This document shows, piece by piece, positions 13,394 to 25,795 of a DNA stretch of 64,000 nt. Below the pieces are notes generated by a model that had not been told where the DNA came from, made no database searches, and worked only from the letters and a program-made list of their open reading frames with translations. Source of the stretch: Octopus vulgaris (Eukaryota); NCBI GenBank assembly GCA_951406725.2, contig OX597816.1, positions 176,390,001-176,454,000 on the forward strand. Direction: 5' to 3'. The position numbers and the translations under genes are program-made. How positions within the stretch are numbered: the first letter of the stretch is position 1; each line of letters begins with the position of its first letter.

Positions 13394-13733
13394 GTAAGTA
13401 AATTATGTCTGTTTCTTTATGTACTAGAAGTTGAGTGAATCCAGCATATTGTTGGAAGTGTTTTGACACAGGACTGACAGAAGGTAAAATTAATGCCATC
13501 TAAGAAATCTATTGAAACCATTTTTACCATTATTCCATTCATTATGTATTCATTTAACATCTTAGAGAATATTTTGAATTTCAGTCAAATGTATGCTCTC
13601 CTGTACAAAATTTGGCTTTGTGCTTAGGGGAAGAAATCACTATTTATTATATTTTATTTTTTTTTACAATAGTTGTTTTTTTTATCATGAGTTATCATTG
13701 ATTTTTATTTTCTATTTAATGTGGCTGTTGTAG

Positions 13734-13778
13734 ACCAAATTGAATGGCTCCATTTGGACCAGTATTGATGAAGCAAAG
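13734..13778 (+). CDS. DAAM: DAAM 45-nt exon (FH2)
   Basis: tag|ACC ... AAG|gtaaga. Encodes TKLNGSIWTSIDEAK (cf. DAAM1 NKLEGTVWTEIDDTK). Confidence 0.9.
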
Positions 13779-14289
13779 GTAAGACTGCTATTTATACAGT
13801 TTTTCAGATTTTCATTATTTCACTGATTTAAATGTCGAGTATGTTTTACACAAAAATATTTAAATTTGTTTCATCTCAATGATATGTCACAAGACAGCTT
13901 AAGCCCAGATGTAGTCCATGTAACACTGCCACCTGTCCTTTGTGCCAGATCTCTAGTCTGATAATAACCTCTTTAGTGGCGAAGCCACTAAAAATTTAAA
14001 ATAGCCTTGGCTATATCCATTAGCATTAATCTTAGTGATATGAAAATCCCCATGAATTAACACATCACCACTTTTGTTTAATGACATTTATATTATTGTA
14101 TGGTCTTTAGTCTATAGCAGTTGTTCCCAAAGTGGGCAGTACCATCCCCTTCAGAGGTTTGAAGATCTAGTGGGCTATTGTAGAAAAGCAGGATGGTTAT
14201 TGAATAGCCAAAAGGGGATGCTGGTTGGCAATGCGCACCTACCTACTGCATATATATATATACATATATATATTTTTTTAAAATTTATT

Positions 14290-17200
14290 TATCTAGTTTC
14301 AGCTCACAAGCAAAGTCGAGATATATGACTTCAACATTTGAGTGGTTGAGCAGCTGTTTCAGCACCCAGTCATAGTGTTGTAGAAGCTGAGTTAAGCAGC
14401 TTCTTCCTGGTCGGAAACCATGTTGGGTGTCTGGCAGCAAGTCATTTTCTTCAAGGAAGGTGATTAGTTTCCTTCTGACTATTTGTTCCATGACCTTGCT
14501 GATGTGTGAGGTCAGAGAGATAGGTCTGTAGTTCTTGGCCTCCGCTCTGTTACCTCCTTTATGAATAGGGCATATTTTACCTTCCTTCAGTTTTCTTGGA
14601 AGTTTGCCAGTTGCAAGGAAGCTCTGAACGAGGAACTGCAGTGGTGTTGCTAGGACTCTCTTACATACTTTTTGAAGGATTGCTGAGAATCCATCGAGGC
14701 CAGTAGCTGAGTTTGTTTTCATTTCATCAATAGCCTTTATTACATCGTCTTCCTTTATATTGATATAATCAATCATCGCTGCCTCCGATTTTATATCTGC
14801 AGTGGTAAAGAAGTCAGTTGTATTGCTGACTTGAAAATGCCCTAGAGGTGGAGTGAAAATACTTTTGAATTGCTCATTTAGTATTACACTTATCCTCATT
14901 GGATTTCCTGTGAGTGTACCATCTTTTTCAAGTGGTAGCCCTCTCCTACAGAGCACCATAGCTGTTTCTTTGGCAAACTTGTAGAAAGCTCTGGGGTTAG
15001 ATTTTATGTTGTCTATAGCCCAGGCTTCTTTGTCTGCTCTTTCTTTTTCATGGGAGAGTTACAGACATTTTTCAATTTCCAGCAGTTTTATTTTCAGGTG
15101 GGACATTTCACTGCTTTCAATTTGTTTGTTTAGGCGATTTGAAACTTTTCTACGCTGTCTCATAAGAATTTTCCTCTCTCTGGGTATTTTGTTCTTGTGT
15201 ACAGTGGCCTTTCTCTCTGGGACACGTGTAGCATATGGCTTGCATTACAGACATGAATTGTTGAAATTTCATGTCGATGTCTGGCGAGGAGAGACATTCA
15301 GGCCAGTTTTGTTTGAGGATCTCTTTCTCAATTTGTTTCCAGTTTGCCTTATGGAAGTTCAAGCTGGAAAGATTCTGAGAGTTTCTTGTAGGCTGCATCT
15401 CCATGCTTTCCTTTGGCCCGTACATGGTCAACTCTACCATGTTGTGATCCAAGAGTAGTGTCGGTGTCACTTTCACATTATGGATGAGATCCATATTATT
15501 TGTGAAACAGAGATCCAGTGTGTTACCTGCTCTGGTTGGTTGGAGTATTACTTGCTCCATGTATAGAGTTTTGATGAGGTTCAGGAGGGACCTCGCCTGT
15601 CCTCATTCGCATCGTGTCATTCCTGGGAGAGAAAGGCCCTCGTGCCATCTGACATTGGGCAGATTGAAGTCTCCCATAAGAAGTACACTTATGTGTTGTT
15701 CTAATGTGACTAGAACTTCTATTTTTGTAAGGCAGTCTTCAAACTTGCCTACATGGCTTGGAGCATCTGGAGGGCGATATGTAGCACATATAACTACACC
15801 AAGTTGCCTTATATGTACAATTAGTGTGTCACACACCGAATTTGAGTATGACAAAAGGACCAGGGGTGTGAGGTCCTTGCGGATGTACATAGCAACTCCA
15901 CCATAACTCCTTTCTTTTCTGTTGGCCCGTAATACAACATACTGTGGTATGTGTATTTCCGCATCTGCTATATCCGGTTTCAGGTGTGTTTCCGTAAGTG
16001 CTATGCATAAGGCTTGATTGCATGCAACAAGGTCTCTCAAGGGATTTTTGTCCTGTTACTGAGTGTTAGCAGTCCTCTGATGTTCAGTCGGAGCATCGAG
16101 GTGATGTGTACATTGTTTCCAGTGGTGTGCACCTTGGGTCTATTTGCTATAGCGGTATTGTGGATAGTCCCATCTGTGAGTTTGAGTTTGATGGAGCCAG
16201 GTTAGCTGCTGTACAATCTTTTGTGCCATGCACAAAAAAGATTCTTGTTCAGCAGCTGCCCTTTCAATAACATGTTGATGGTTTGTAACACGCACTACAT
16301 CTGCGTACTTCCGTTTTGGGGCAGGTGGTGCGTAGTCCTTTCCTCCGGTCATCTGCAAGCCCTTAACACGTCTATTCAATATGTCATTGGCGACGGGTAT
16401 TATACCTGCAGACTGGAGAACAGCGTTAATCTGCCCAATTTTCAAGAAAGGGAACCGCGAAGACCCGCTTAACTACCGACTGGTTTCCCTTACATTAATA
16501 ATCAGCAAGATGTTCGAAACCATCCTTAAGAAAAGTATGATGCTCCACCTCCAAAACACAGCCTCTATCTCTGATTCCCAACACGGCTTCGTGCCGAAGA
16601 GATCATGCTTGACCAACTTACTGGTAATGGAAGAATTGGTGACATGCATCCTCGATGATAGTGATGCTGTTGACATCGTTTTATTGGACTTTGCCAAAGC
16701 TTTTGATTCGGTAAACCACCGCCTATTACTTGTCAAGCTTCAAGCATATAGTTTCCATCCGGATATTGTACGATGGGTTGGTGCCTTCCTCTCAGATCGT
16801 TCCTTCCAAGTCCAAGTTAATGGTTCGCGGTCCGACGTCTCCAGTGCGAGCAGTGGCGTGCCTCAAGGTTCAGTGCTTGGGCCCTTATTGTTCTTAGTCT
16901 TCATAAATGACTTGCTCGACAACCTCACGCAACACACCCTTCTATTTGCCGACGATATCAAACTGGTCGCTCCTCGCGGTGATATAGAGGATCTTCGTCG
17001 ATGCCTCCACCAAATTTGGAAGTGGTCTAACGAATGGGACCTGTGTCTGAACGTGTCAAAGTGCTGTCATCTGCCTGTTGGCTCTCCTCCTGCAACTCAA
17101 CTTGATTTCGAGCCGGGTCGTCTGCTGCTGGAGAGGACCGATCAGGTAAAGGACCTGGGTATCTTGATGGATTCCTCCTTTTCGCCTTCGGCCCAGTGCG

Positions 17201-19250
17201 TCCATGCTGCCAACAAAGCACGCGGAATTCTGTTCTTGATTTGACGGTCATTCGGAAGGCTCACAGCAGCCATATTCCTACCACTCTGTCACGCTGGTGA
17301 GACCCATATTGGAGTACGGGATTCAAGCCTCTTCTCCTTATCTCCTCAAAGACATGCAGCATCTCGAAAGAGTCCAGAGGCTGGCTACCCGCATGGTTCA
17401 TGGTCTCAAAAATTTGTCCTATGAAGAAAGGCTGAGGACGCTCGACCTTTATTCTCTTGAAAAACGCCACCGCCGTGGTGATCTCATTCTCGCCCACAAC
17501 ATCATAAGCGGAAAGTGTAACCTCTCGAAAGAGCTGTTCTTCACTCCTGCTCCAGAGCGTTGGCTGCGGGGTCATTCCGAAAAGCTCTGCCTGCGACGAT
17601 TTCATCTCAATCGAAGGAGAGGAGCTTTCTCCGTCCGGGTTGCGGATCCGTGGAACAAGCTGCCAGACGAGATGGTGAAGATGCCGACGACTGCTTTGTT
17701 CAAAGCCTCCCTTGACCTCAAGTGGCCTGAACTCTTTACATGAACACCACCCTGTACTTAACTCCATGTCCCCCTACATGGGCTTGCTATTTGCTTTTGA
17801 GCCAAATTAACTAACTAACTAACTTTTCCTTTTGGCAGTTGGTTTCTGCCCTGTTCCATGTTTATGTGGCAGGGTCTTTGGTGTGCAGAACGGCAACCTG
17901 CACCTTCCTCTCCATGCAGCAGACACCTTTCAGGTAGAATTTACATATTCGTGTGTGCTGTCTCTTTCTATCCTTTTTGGTACATGGATAGTCAGGTTTG
18001 CTTCTATCCTTGGCTGTTTCATCTGGTTTTCTTTGAGTTTTAGTTTTTCCGTCTTTGGCTGTTTCATCTTTTGTTTTTCTTTTAGTTTTTCTTTCTTTTA
18101 CTTCTTTTTTGGCTCTTTCATCTCCATGGTTTTGACTTTTGATGCTGGTAGGGGCACTTGCACTTGGGTTTACTACCCGGGCAGGTTTTTCACTTAAATC
18201 TGCTTTGTTGTCCTGGGTGTCTACAAAGTGGGAGTGGAATATTTCATCAGCACCCGTGCCTCCATCTTTGTCATCTTTGTTTTGTTCGTTGTCAGAGATG
18301 GCATCAAGCGTGCTGATGTGGGATCTCATGAGTGCATAGGAGCGTATAAATTCCTGCTTCTTTCGCTCTATCTGTGCTAACGTCCTTGTGTAACCATTGC
18401 TCTTCAGCGCAGCTGTAATTATGTTGTTCGGATTGTCTCCGCCAGCACATCTCCAGACTCTCAAGAACAGTGCGAATTCCATGCTCCTCCAGGTTCTGGA
18501 CATTTTTGGGATATTTTATTTATTTATCTATCTAATTATATTTAAAATTTAACAGTGTAATAGGGGGTAGAGAAGAAATAGAGAAAGAAAGAAAGTGTCT
18601 ATGTATTCAGAGAGATCGAGAGCTGAGAGAAGATATGAAGAGAGAGTGAGATGAGAAAGTTCGCGTCTATATATTTAGATTGAGAGAGGAAAGATGGGGT
18701 GACAGAGGGAAGTGAAGAGACAGCAAGAGGCGTGAAGGAGAGAACTGAAGAGACAGAGAGAGAAAGAAATGAAAGAGAGGAGGCTATGCAACAAATAAAT
18801 ATATATCTCTATCTGCAGCTACGAAAGTTTTCTAATGTTCATGTCTATATATTTAGGAAGATTGAAAGGCTGAGTAAATATATATATATATAAATAAAGC
18901 AACAAATAAATATAAATATATACCTATCTAAAATTGAATAATTTTAAAGAGATATATTGAGAAATTAACAAAAACAAAGTGGGTGCTGAAACAGAAATTG
19001 AAAGATTATTAACAGAATGTAAACAGAGAATAGGTCCTAACTCAGACATTACATTGAATTACAGGAAATTAAACAAATGAAATGGGGAACTTATCTTATA
19101 AGAGGTAGAAGTCCCAAATTTGTGTCCCTATACGAAGAAGTTTTCTTTCAAAAAAGAAAAGAAAACAGTTCTTTTTGCTTGTTACAGTTGATTGGAAATA
19201 AATTTACAAGATGCCACCACGTGCTTTTTCAACGGGAAATCTTGCGTGCG
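14290..19250 (-). mobile_element. CR1-like LINE copy 1 (ORF1 + APE + partial RT; 3'-truncated, frameshifted, interrupted)
   Basis: ORF1 starts at 18503. APE motifs LTETHL, GGVAMYI, MGDFN, LDLCF; RT motifs NYRPISLTS, QHGFRPGRSC, YLDFA. Homologous to the element at 48685-52500. 5' boundary approximate. Confidence 0.88.
16345..17824 (+). mobile_element. 5'-truncated CR1-like LINE nested in LINE copy 1
   Basis: RT motifs QHGF, DFAKAFD, GVPQGSVLGP, FADD; C-terminus LRGH...WNKLP; (CTAA)n tail; TTTCCT on both sides (16339-44, 17825-30); premature stop at ~17244. Confidence 0.9.
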
Positions 19251-19786
19251 TAATTAACTTTAGTGTATTATATTTGGCTTGAAGCGAAATATATTATGGT
19301 TTTTAACTAATATATCCTAGTAGACCGCTATGGGATAACAAGTTCTATGTTTTTTATCAGTTTTAGCAGATTATAATAAAACAAAATAATTGAGATAAAG
19401 AGATAAGATGCTAAAAGAGTTGAGAATAAGATTTTGGTTTTGATGGGGTGGTAAGGGTCATAAATCACTTCTTAATTTCGAGGTTAAAATTTGATATCGT
19501 TGTTATGAGTGGTCAGTCTACACCAATCCGCCACTACAAGTTACTAGCTTTATAAGTTTATAGTATATGTGTGTGTATATACACTTACTCGTGCACATAT
19601 ATACAGCACAGCATCAGATACACAACCTTAAACATATGTAATTACATACATATCTCCACACATATCTACAGTTAAACCTTAGCAATTATATACATACACT
19701 ACTAAGCATATGTACAGATATAGATATCTACACGCACATACACACACTTACATATATATATATACACATACATATGCCCCCCCCCT

Positions 19787-19836
<50 letters not shown>

Positions 19837-19880
19837 CATATGCACCTATATATATATATATATATACATACATATGCACC

Positions 19881-19915
<35 letters not shown>

Positions 19916-19928
19916 CTATATATATATA

Positions 19929-20616
19929 TCATCATCATCATTGTTCGACCGTGGTCAAGACAATGGAATTTACCATGCTACGCCAGACTTCACAGTCCAT
20001 CATGGCATTACGGAGGTCCTGTTGCTGGATGCCTGTATCCCTGGAGATTACATCAGGGTAGGAGAGTGTGCACCCTCTGGTATTGCGAGTAGATGGCTTC
20101 CAGAGGAGAAATTACCTCTTTTTCAGCTCTACAACAATGTCCAAACTGGACTCTCCTACCTTTCACAAGAGATGACACAGGTGGTAGTTTCCCATATATT
20201 TGCATTTTGGTTGGATGGCGCTTCCACGAGAGATTTTGAGCTCTCATAAGGAGGCGAGTGTAGGTTCCATCCAACCGCCTCTTAAGCTTCTTTGATAATG
20301 TCCAGGTTTCTGAGCCATATAGTAGAATTGGTTCGACTGTGGCTTTGAAGATTTCAAGTTTGAAGTCTCTACTTAGATTTGATGACCAGATCTTATGCAT
20401 GTCATTACAGGCTGACCAGGCCATACCCTTTCTAGTTAGAAAATCTTTTCCAGATGATGATATGTATGACCCAAGATATTTGTAATCAGAAACCATATTT
20501 AAGGGCACATTGTTGAGAGTGTGGATGATGCAATCACTGTTGGACAGGCACTTGTTTATATATTCAGTCTTGGCCTCATTGAGGTAAAGACCTACACAAT
20601 TTGAGGCTTGTTCAAG
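19929..20616 (-). mobile_element. 5'-truncated RTE-clade LINE fragment within TA repeats
   Basis: GLYLNEAKTE...YKYLGS...LLYGSETW; (TGA)n tail on the minus strand. Confidence 0.82.
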
Positions 20617-20959
20617 ATATATATATATATATATATATACACACCTATATATATATATATATATACACATGCATACACATATATCCCCATATATATATAT
20701 ATACACACATACACACACATGCATACATATAAATCTCCTCATGTATAATATCTGCATACATTCACGCCCATAGATTCATGTATATATATGCACACACACA
20801 TTACATCTTATAAGTGTCTATCTTGTTTTTGGGTACATAACAGTTTTAATTTAATATTTAATAATTTAATATACTATTCTCCAAAGATTAAGTTCCATAT
20901 ATTTATTTATTTACTTATTTAAAAATTTTAAAAAGTGGGTTATTTTTTCTATCTATGAC

Positions 20960-21260
20960 AATCCTATTATGTTTGACCTTGATGTTCATATGTAGTGGGT
21001 TAATAAATTATGTGATTGGGTATTATCTGGTAGTTGATTATTGATTAAGATGTATTCTCCATTTTCTTATTTTGTATTATTAATTTGTGGAAAAAACATT
21101 TTACCTTTGCCCATATAATACAATAAATGAACTAATTGCATCGCAATTCTTAACATTTATGTATTAACTTTGTTGGGTGCTTTACTGGCAGTATATTGGA
21201 TATATGTTATCCCATAGTGGGTTGCACTCACAACCCCTATCTCAATTTGTAATATCTATA
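20960..21260. repeat. unclassified ~300-bp dispersed repeat ending in (TA)n
   Basis: Clearly homologous to ~38720-39028, e.g. shared CTCCATTTTCTTATTTTGTATTAT and GCCCATATAATACAATAAATGAA. Confidence 0.8.
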
Positions 21261-21268
21261 CAAGTGTG

Positions 21269-21299
<31 letters not shown>

Positions 21300-21307
21300 C
21301 ATATAAT

Positions 21308-21690
21308 GCAGGAGTGGCTGTGTGGTAAGTAGCTTGCTAACCAACCACATGGTTCTGGGTTCAGTCCCACTGCGTGGCATCTTGGGCAAGTGTCTTCTGC
21401 TATAGCCCCGGGCCGACCAATGCCTTGTGAGTGGATTTGGTAGATGGAAACTGAAAGAAGCCTGTCGTATATATGTATATATATGTGTGGGTTTGTGTGT
21501 CTGTTTTTGTCCCCCTAGCATTGCTTGACAACCGATGCTGGTGTGTTTACGTCCCCGTCACTTAGCGGTTCGGCAAAAGAGACCGATAGAATAAGTACTG
21601 GGCTTACAAAGAATAAGTCCCGGGGTCGATTTGCTCAACTAAAGGCGGTGCTCCAGCATGGCCGCAGTCAAATGACTGAAACAAGTAAAG
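21308..21690 (+). mobile_element. tRNA-derived SINE
   Basis: Same family as 773-1195. Confidence 0.9.
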
Positions 21691-22141
21691 TTGCTACAAT
21701 GCAACAGACTGTTTGGATGCAAAAAAAATATTGCTCTGTATAAGAGATAGTTGAGTCAAAACTATATATCAACAAAAGTAATTTGAACCAAAAGGGAGCT
21801 GATTGGCTGATAAGAACAACTTTTACTATATATGCATTTTTGAGTTTGGCAAAACTGAGCTCCAAGGTTGGTCCCATAGTTTGACAATTCTGTTTGAATT
21901 ATTTAGCATAAAAAGTCAAGCTACACTTCAATAAATTATTATTACTCATTGGCTGAAATCAGTCTCAGATGTATGTTATGAAAATTGTGCTACTGATGAA
22001 TGAAGGCATGTTAAGCAACAAATATGTCACAGTGTTCGTATGAATATTTGAAGACTTGTACAAGTGTGTTTTGTATTTTTTCATTTACTTTATTTTGTAT
22101 TAATGTTTATGTTAAAATTTTTTGTTTGGCATTACTTTCAG

Positions 22142-22399
22142 ATGTATAAAACACTGGATTTGCAAGATTTTGAAAAGACATTCTCAGCATACCAAAGAAA
22201 AGGTGGGCAGTTTGAAGATGAAGAGGATAAGAACCAAAATGCCAAGTTGAAAGCAAAAGAATTGTCTGTTGTTGATGGTCGTCGTGCACAGAATTGTACG
22301 ATTTTACTATCAAAGCTGAAATTAACTAATGATGAATTAGCCACAGCAATTCTGAATATGGATGAACAGGAAGATCTTCCAAAGGATATGCTGGAGCAG
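22142..22399 (+). CDS. DAAM: DAAM exon (FH2)
   Basis: cag|ATG ... CAG|gtaaac, 258 nt, phase 0-0. Encodes [20 protein letters not shown]...[22 protein letters not shown]...[14 protein letters not shown]. Confidence 0.95.
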
Positions 22400-22934
22400 G
22401 TAAACAAATCTCTGAGTTCTGCTTCTCTTCATTTTAGAATTGAGGGTTGTCTACACAGTTAATCCTTTAATGACTTATGGCAACACAAGCGGCATAATAT
22501 TAATTGAATAGATGAATTTACTCATTAGATAGAAGTCAAGTATTTTGAAAGATATTATCCTAGATGAGCCAGTTTCTGTTTCCTTATGAACTTAAGGCTG
22601 TGAGTGCTTTACTGAAAAATGTAGCCCAATAAATGTTGACAGAACCTTGTGTGAAATGTTAGTAATGCTACCTTCAGTTGCTGATGTCTAACTGATATTT
22701 CTATTTCTGCTTGGAAACAAATGATATTAAACTTTTTTTTCTCAGTTTTCCATAAATTTTAATATCTCTTTGTATTATGAGTATTGCATATATATATATA
22801 TATATATATGTATATGAATGAAAGAAAGAAAGAATGGAGTTGAATGACGAATTAACAAAATTCCTTTATTCTCACTATGGGCTCCGTGTGGGCAGTCATC
22901 TAAAAGTTTTTGTTCATCTTGATGCTGACATAAG

Positions 22935-23033
22935 TTCCCTGTTTTTCCTGATGAGAAGGCGGCATAATGCACCCCTTATTCCTTCGAAATTAGGAATATG
23001 CAGCCTTCGAAACATATGTCGAGAATAAAGGAA
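22935..23033 (+). ncRNA. type I hammerhead ribozyme motif
   Basis: CTGATGA 22948-54; stem II GAAGGC.GCATA / TATGC.GCCTTC; GAAA 23009-12; palindromic stem III ACATATGT; GTC triplet 23018-20; stem I TTCC..TTTTC / GAGAA..GGAA. Confidence 0.85.
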
Positions 23034-24162
23034 TTTTGTTAATTCGTCGTTCAACTCCATTTTTTCATTTATTTGTATTTAAAAAAAACACACAAATTTC
23101 CACACGAATGCACGTGATCTCTGCCCTTTGCATGTAGCTTCAACCGTGTTTTTCTGACGTGAATTTGCTACCCAGGTATCGGTTAACCGAATTATCCATA
23201 ATAAGATAATTCATTCAACTACTCATATATATATATATATGTATATATTTATGAGTGTGTATGTGTAATGTACATATGTACACACATGCACCATCATTAT
23301 CATTATGTAACATCTGTTTTCCATGCTGACATGGATTGAATGGTTTCTATGATTAGATGTCATTCCTAACGCCAACCCCTATAGTGTGCACTGGGTGGTT
23401 TTTTTTTTTTGAGGCCACCAAGTATCTTGCAAAACAAAAAAAAAAGCCACCTCAGCTAAGTGGGATTGTACTTGAGAAAAAAGGAAGAAGCTTTATGCCA
23501 GGTGTTAAAAGGCAAAACTGCTTCCTTTTGGTGCAAATTAACTTTGTGGATATACAGTTTTGACTCAACTATGTCTTATAGAGAGTATTATAATAGAGGG
23601 ACAGGCTCCAGTGTCTTGCTATAGAGGAGATACATAAGGTACACCACAATATATAAGGGTGGATGGAAAGTAGCTGGAAAGGAGATAAAAATGATGGTGA
23701 TGAGTTTGCTGAAGCCTACTTTCAAGGTACAAGAAGGTGAATAGAAGAGTATATAACACACACACATTTGTAAGCAGAACAGTAAAAATATCTGACTTTT
23801 CTCAAGTTCAAAATGTGGCATTGTTTTTGTTAGCTGCATTCCAATGATCGGACTTTGAATCTTTGTTAGAAATCAGCTTCTTTCTCAGAGGAAGACTTCA
23901 AATAATTAGAATCAGAAGAGAGCTTACACATGCATACATACACACACACACACACACATAACCACAGCTGGCTGTATGTTTATTACTGCTACTTGTTTTA
24001 TTGATTTGAGGGAAATGAGTGGTTAATGGTTTATATTCTGCCGCTACAGTTACACACTGTCTCTAGGATTGACACGTAGTTTTCATTACCTTTTAATACA
24101 ATCCTACTTGAGATGACTAAAGATGAAATAGATATCTCATCCCTAAAACCAAACCAGACAAA

Positions 24163-24529
24163 TACTCTCTTTACTCTTTTACTGGTTTCAGTCATTTGAC
24201 TGCGGCCATGCTGGAGCACCACCTTTAGTCGAGCAAATCGACCCCGGGACTTATTCTTTGTAAGCCCAGTACTTATTCTATCGGTCACTTTTGCCGAACC
24301 GCTAAGTGACGGGGACATAAACACACCAGCATCGGTTGTCAAGCAATGCTAGAGGGACAAACACAGACACACAAACATATACACACACATACATATATAT
24401 ATACATATATACGACAGGCTTCTTTCAGTTTCCGTCTACCAAATCCACTCACAAGGCATTGGTCGGCCCGAGGCTATAGTAGAAGACACTTGTCCAAGAT
24501 GCCACGCAGTGGGACTGAACCCGGAACCA
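24163..24529 (-). mobile_element. tRNA-derived SINE (5'-truncated)
   Basis: Reverse complement of the 773-1195 family. Confidence 0.9.
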
Positions 24530-24638
24530 GGAATAAGCTGTTTAACTAAAATAAAGTCCAGCTCTTAGTTTTCTGTAAATATGTAAGATAATGAATGATT
24601 GTCATTGGTTTTATAAAAAAGATTTACTTGTTTTTTAG

Positions 24639-24745
24639 CTGCTGAAATTTGTCCCCACACCTGAAGAGAGCCAACTATTGTCAGAACACAACCATGAGAT
24701 AGATCAAATGGCTCGAGCCGACAGATTTCTCTTCGAAATGGGCAA
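24639..24745 (+). CDS. DAAM: DAAM exon (FH2)
   Basis: tag|CTG ... GGCAA|gtaagt. Encodes [35 protein letters not shown]. Confidence 0.94.
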
Positions 24746-25299
24746 GTAAGTTCCCTGACAAATCAATATTTCTTCACAAATATAAAATATTTAATGTTGT
24801 TTCACTATCCCTTTTGCTTGCTAATTATGGAATGTTTGACAAGTGTGTGTATATAAGGGGTTGTTTGACATACGCAAGCATAGCATTGCTATAGTAGCCA
24901 ATCAGCATTATGTTGGTCTGGCTAGGTAAGATGGTTTCTTTTATTCTCAGCTTCCCAATGCTTCATTCTGTAAATTAAATGGAAACCTGGCTGTCTTGGA
25001 TGGCAGATTTTCACAGGTGTGTTTTGATGGAAGAAGCTTTAGTGCAGAGGCATTCATTAACTTGTATGTGTAGTTGCCTGATGGTACTTTCATCAGTATG
25101 TTTCTGTTTTTGTCCTTAAGTATGATAGAAGGACAGGAACAGGTGTCTTACTGAAGAAGAGATGCATGGCTATCCCAGTTGGAAAAGCAGAAAAGATGAT
25201 GAGGAAGATGTGTCAGAGCAAAACCTCATGTTATAGGATGATGAATATTAGAGGAGTGGTCCAAAGGACTGAACAGGGTCAATGAGTAGATTTTCAAGA

Positions 25300-25795
25300 G
25301 TGCCGGTGGCACGTAAAAAACACCATCCGAGCATGGCCGTTTGCCAGCCTCGTCTGGCACCTGTGTCAGTGGCACATAAAAAACAACATCCGAGCATGAC
25401 CGTTCGCCAGCCTCGTCTGGCACCTGTGTCGGTGGCACATAAAAAACACCATCCGAGCATGGCCGTTTGCCAGCCTCGTCTGGCACCTGTGTCGGTGGCA
25501 CATAAAAAACACCATCCGAGCATGGCCGTTCGCCAGCCTCGTCTGGCACCTGTGTCGGTGGCACATAAAAAACACCATCCGAGCATGGCCGTTCGCCAGC
25601 CTCGTCTGGCACCTGTGTCGGTGGCACATAAAAAGCACCCACTACACTCACGGAGTGGTTGGCATTAGGAAGGGCATCCAGCTGTAGAAACACTGCCAGA
25701 TCTGACTGGCCTAGTGCAGCCTTCGGGCTTCCCAGACCCCAGTTGAACCCATGCTAGCATGGAAAGCAGACGTTAAACGATGATGATGATGATGA
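25300..25795 (+). mobile_element. RTE 3'UTR copy with 63-bp tandem repeat
   Basis: Five ~63-bp units plus the tail ...AGCATGGAAAGCAGACGTTAAACG(ATG)n; CAAGAGT on both sides; homologous to 56790-57288. Confidence 0.85.

Noticed and set aside
25226-25693. Repetitive ORFs / CRISPR-like 63-bp array
   Set aside because: Plain tandem units of the RTE 3'UTR; frames stay open because the unit length is divisible by 3.
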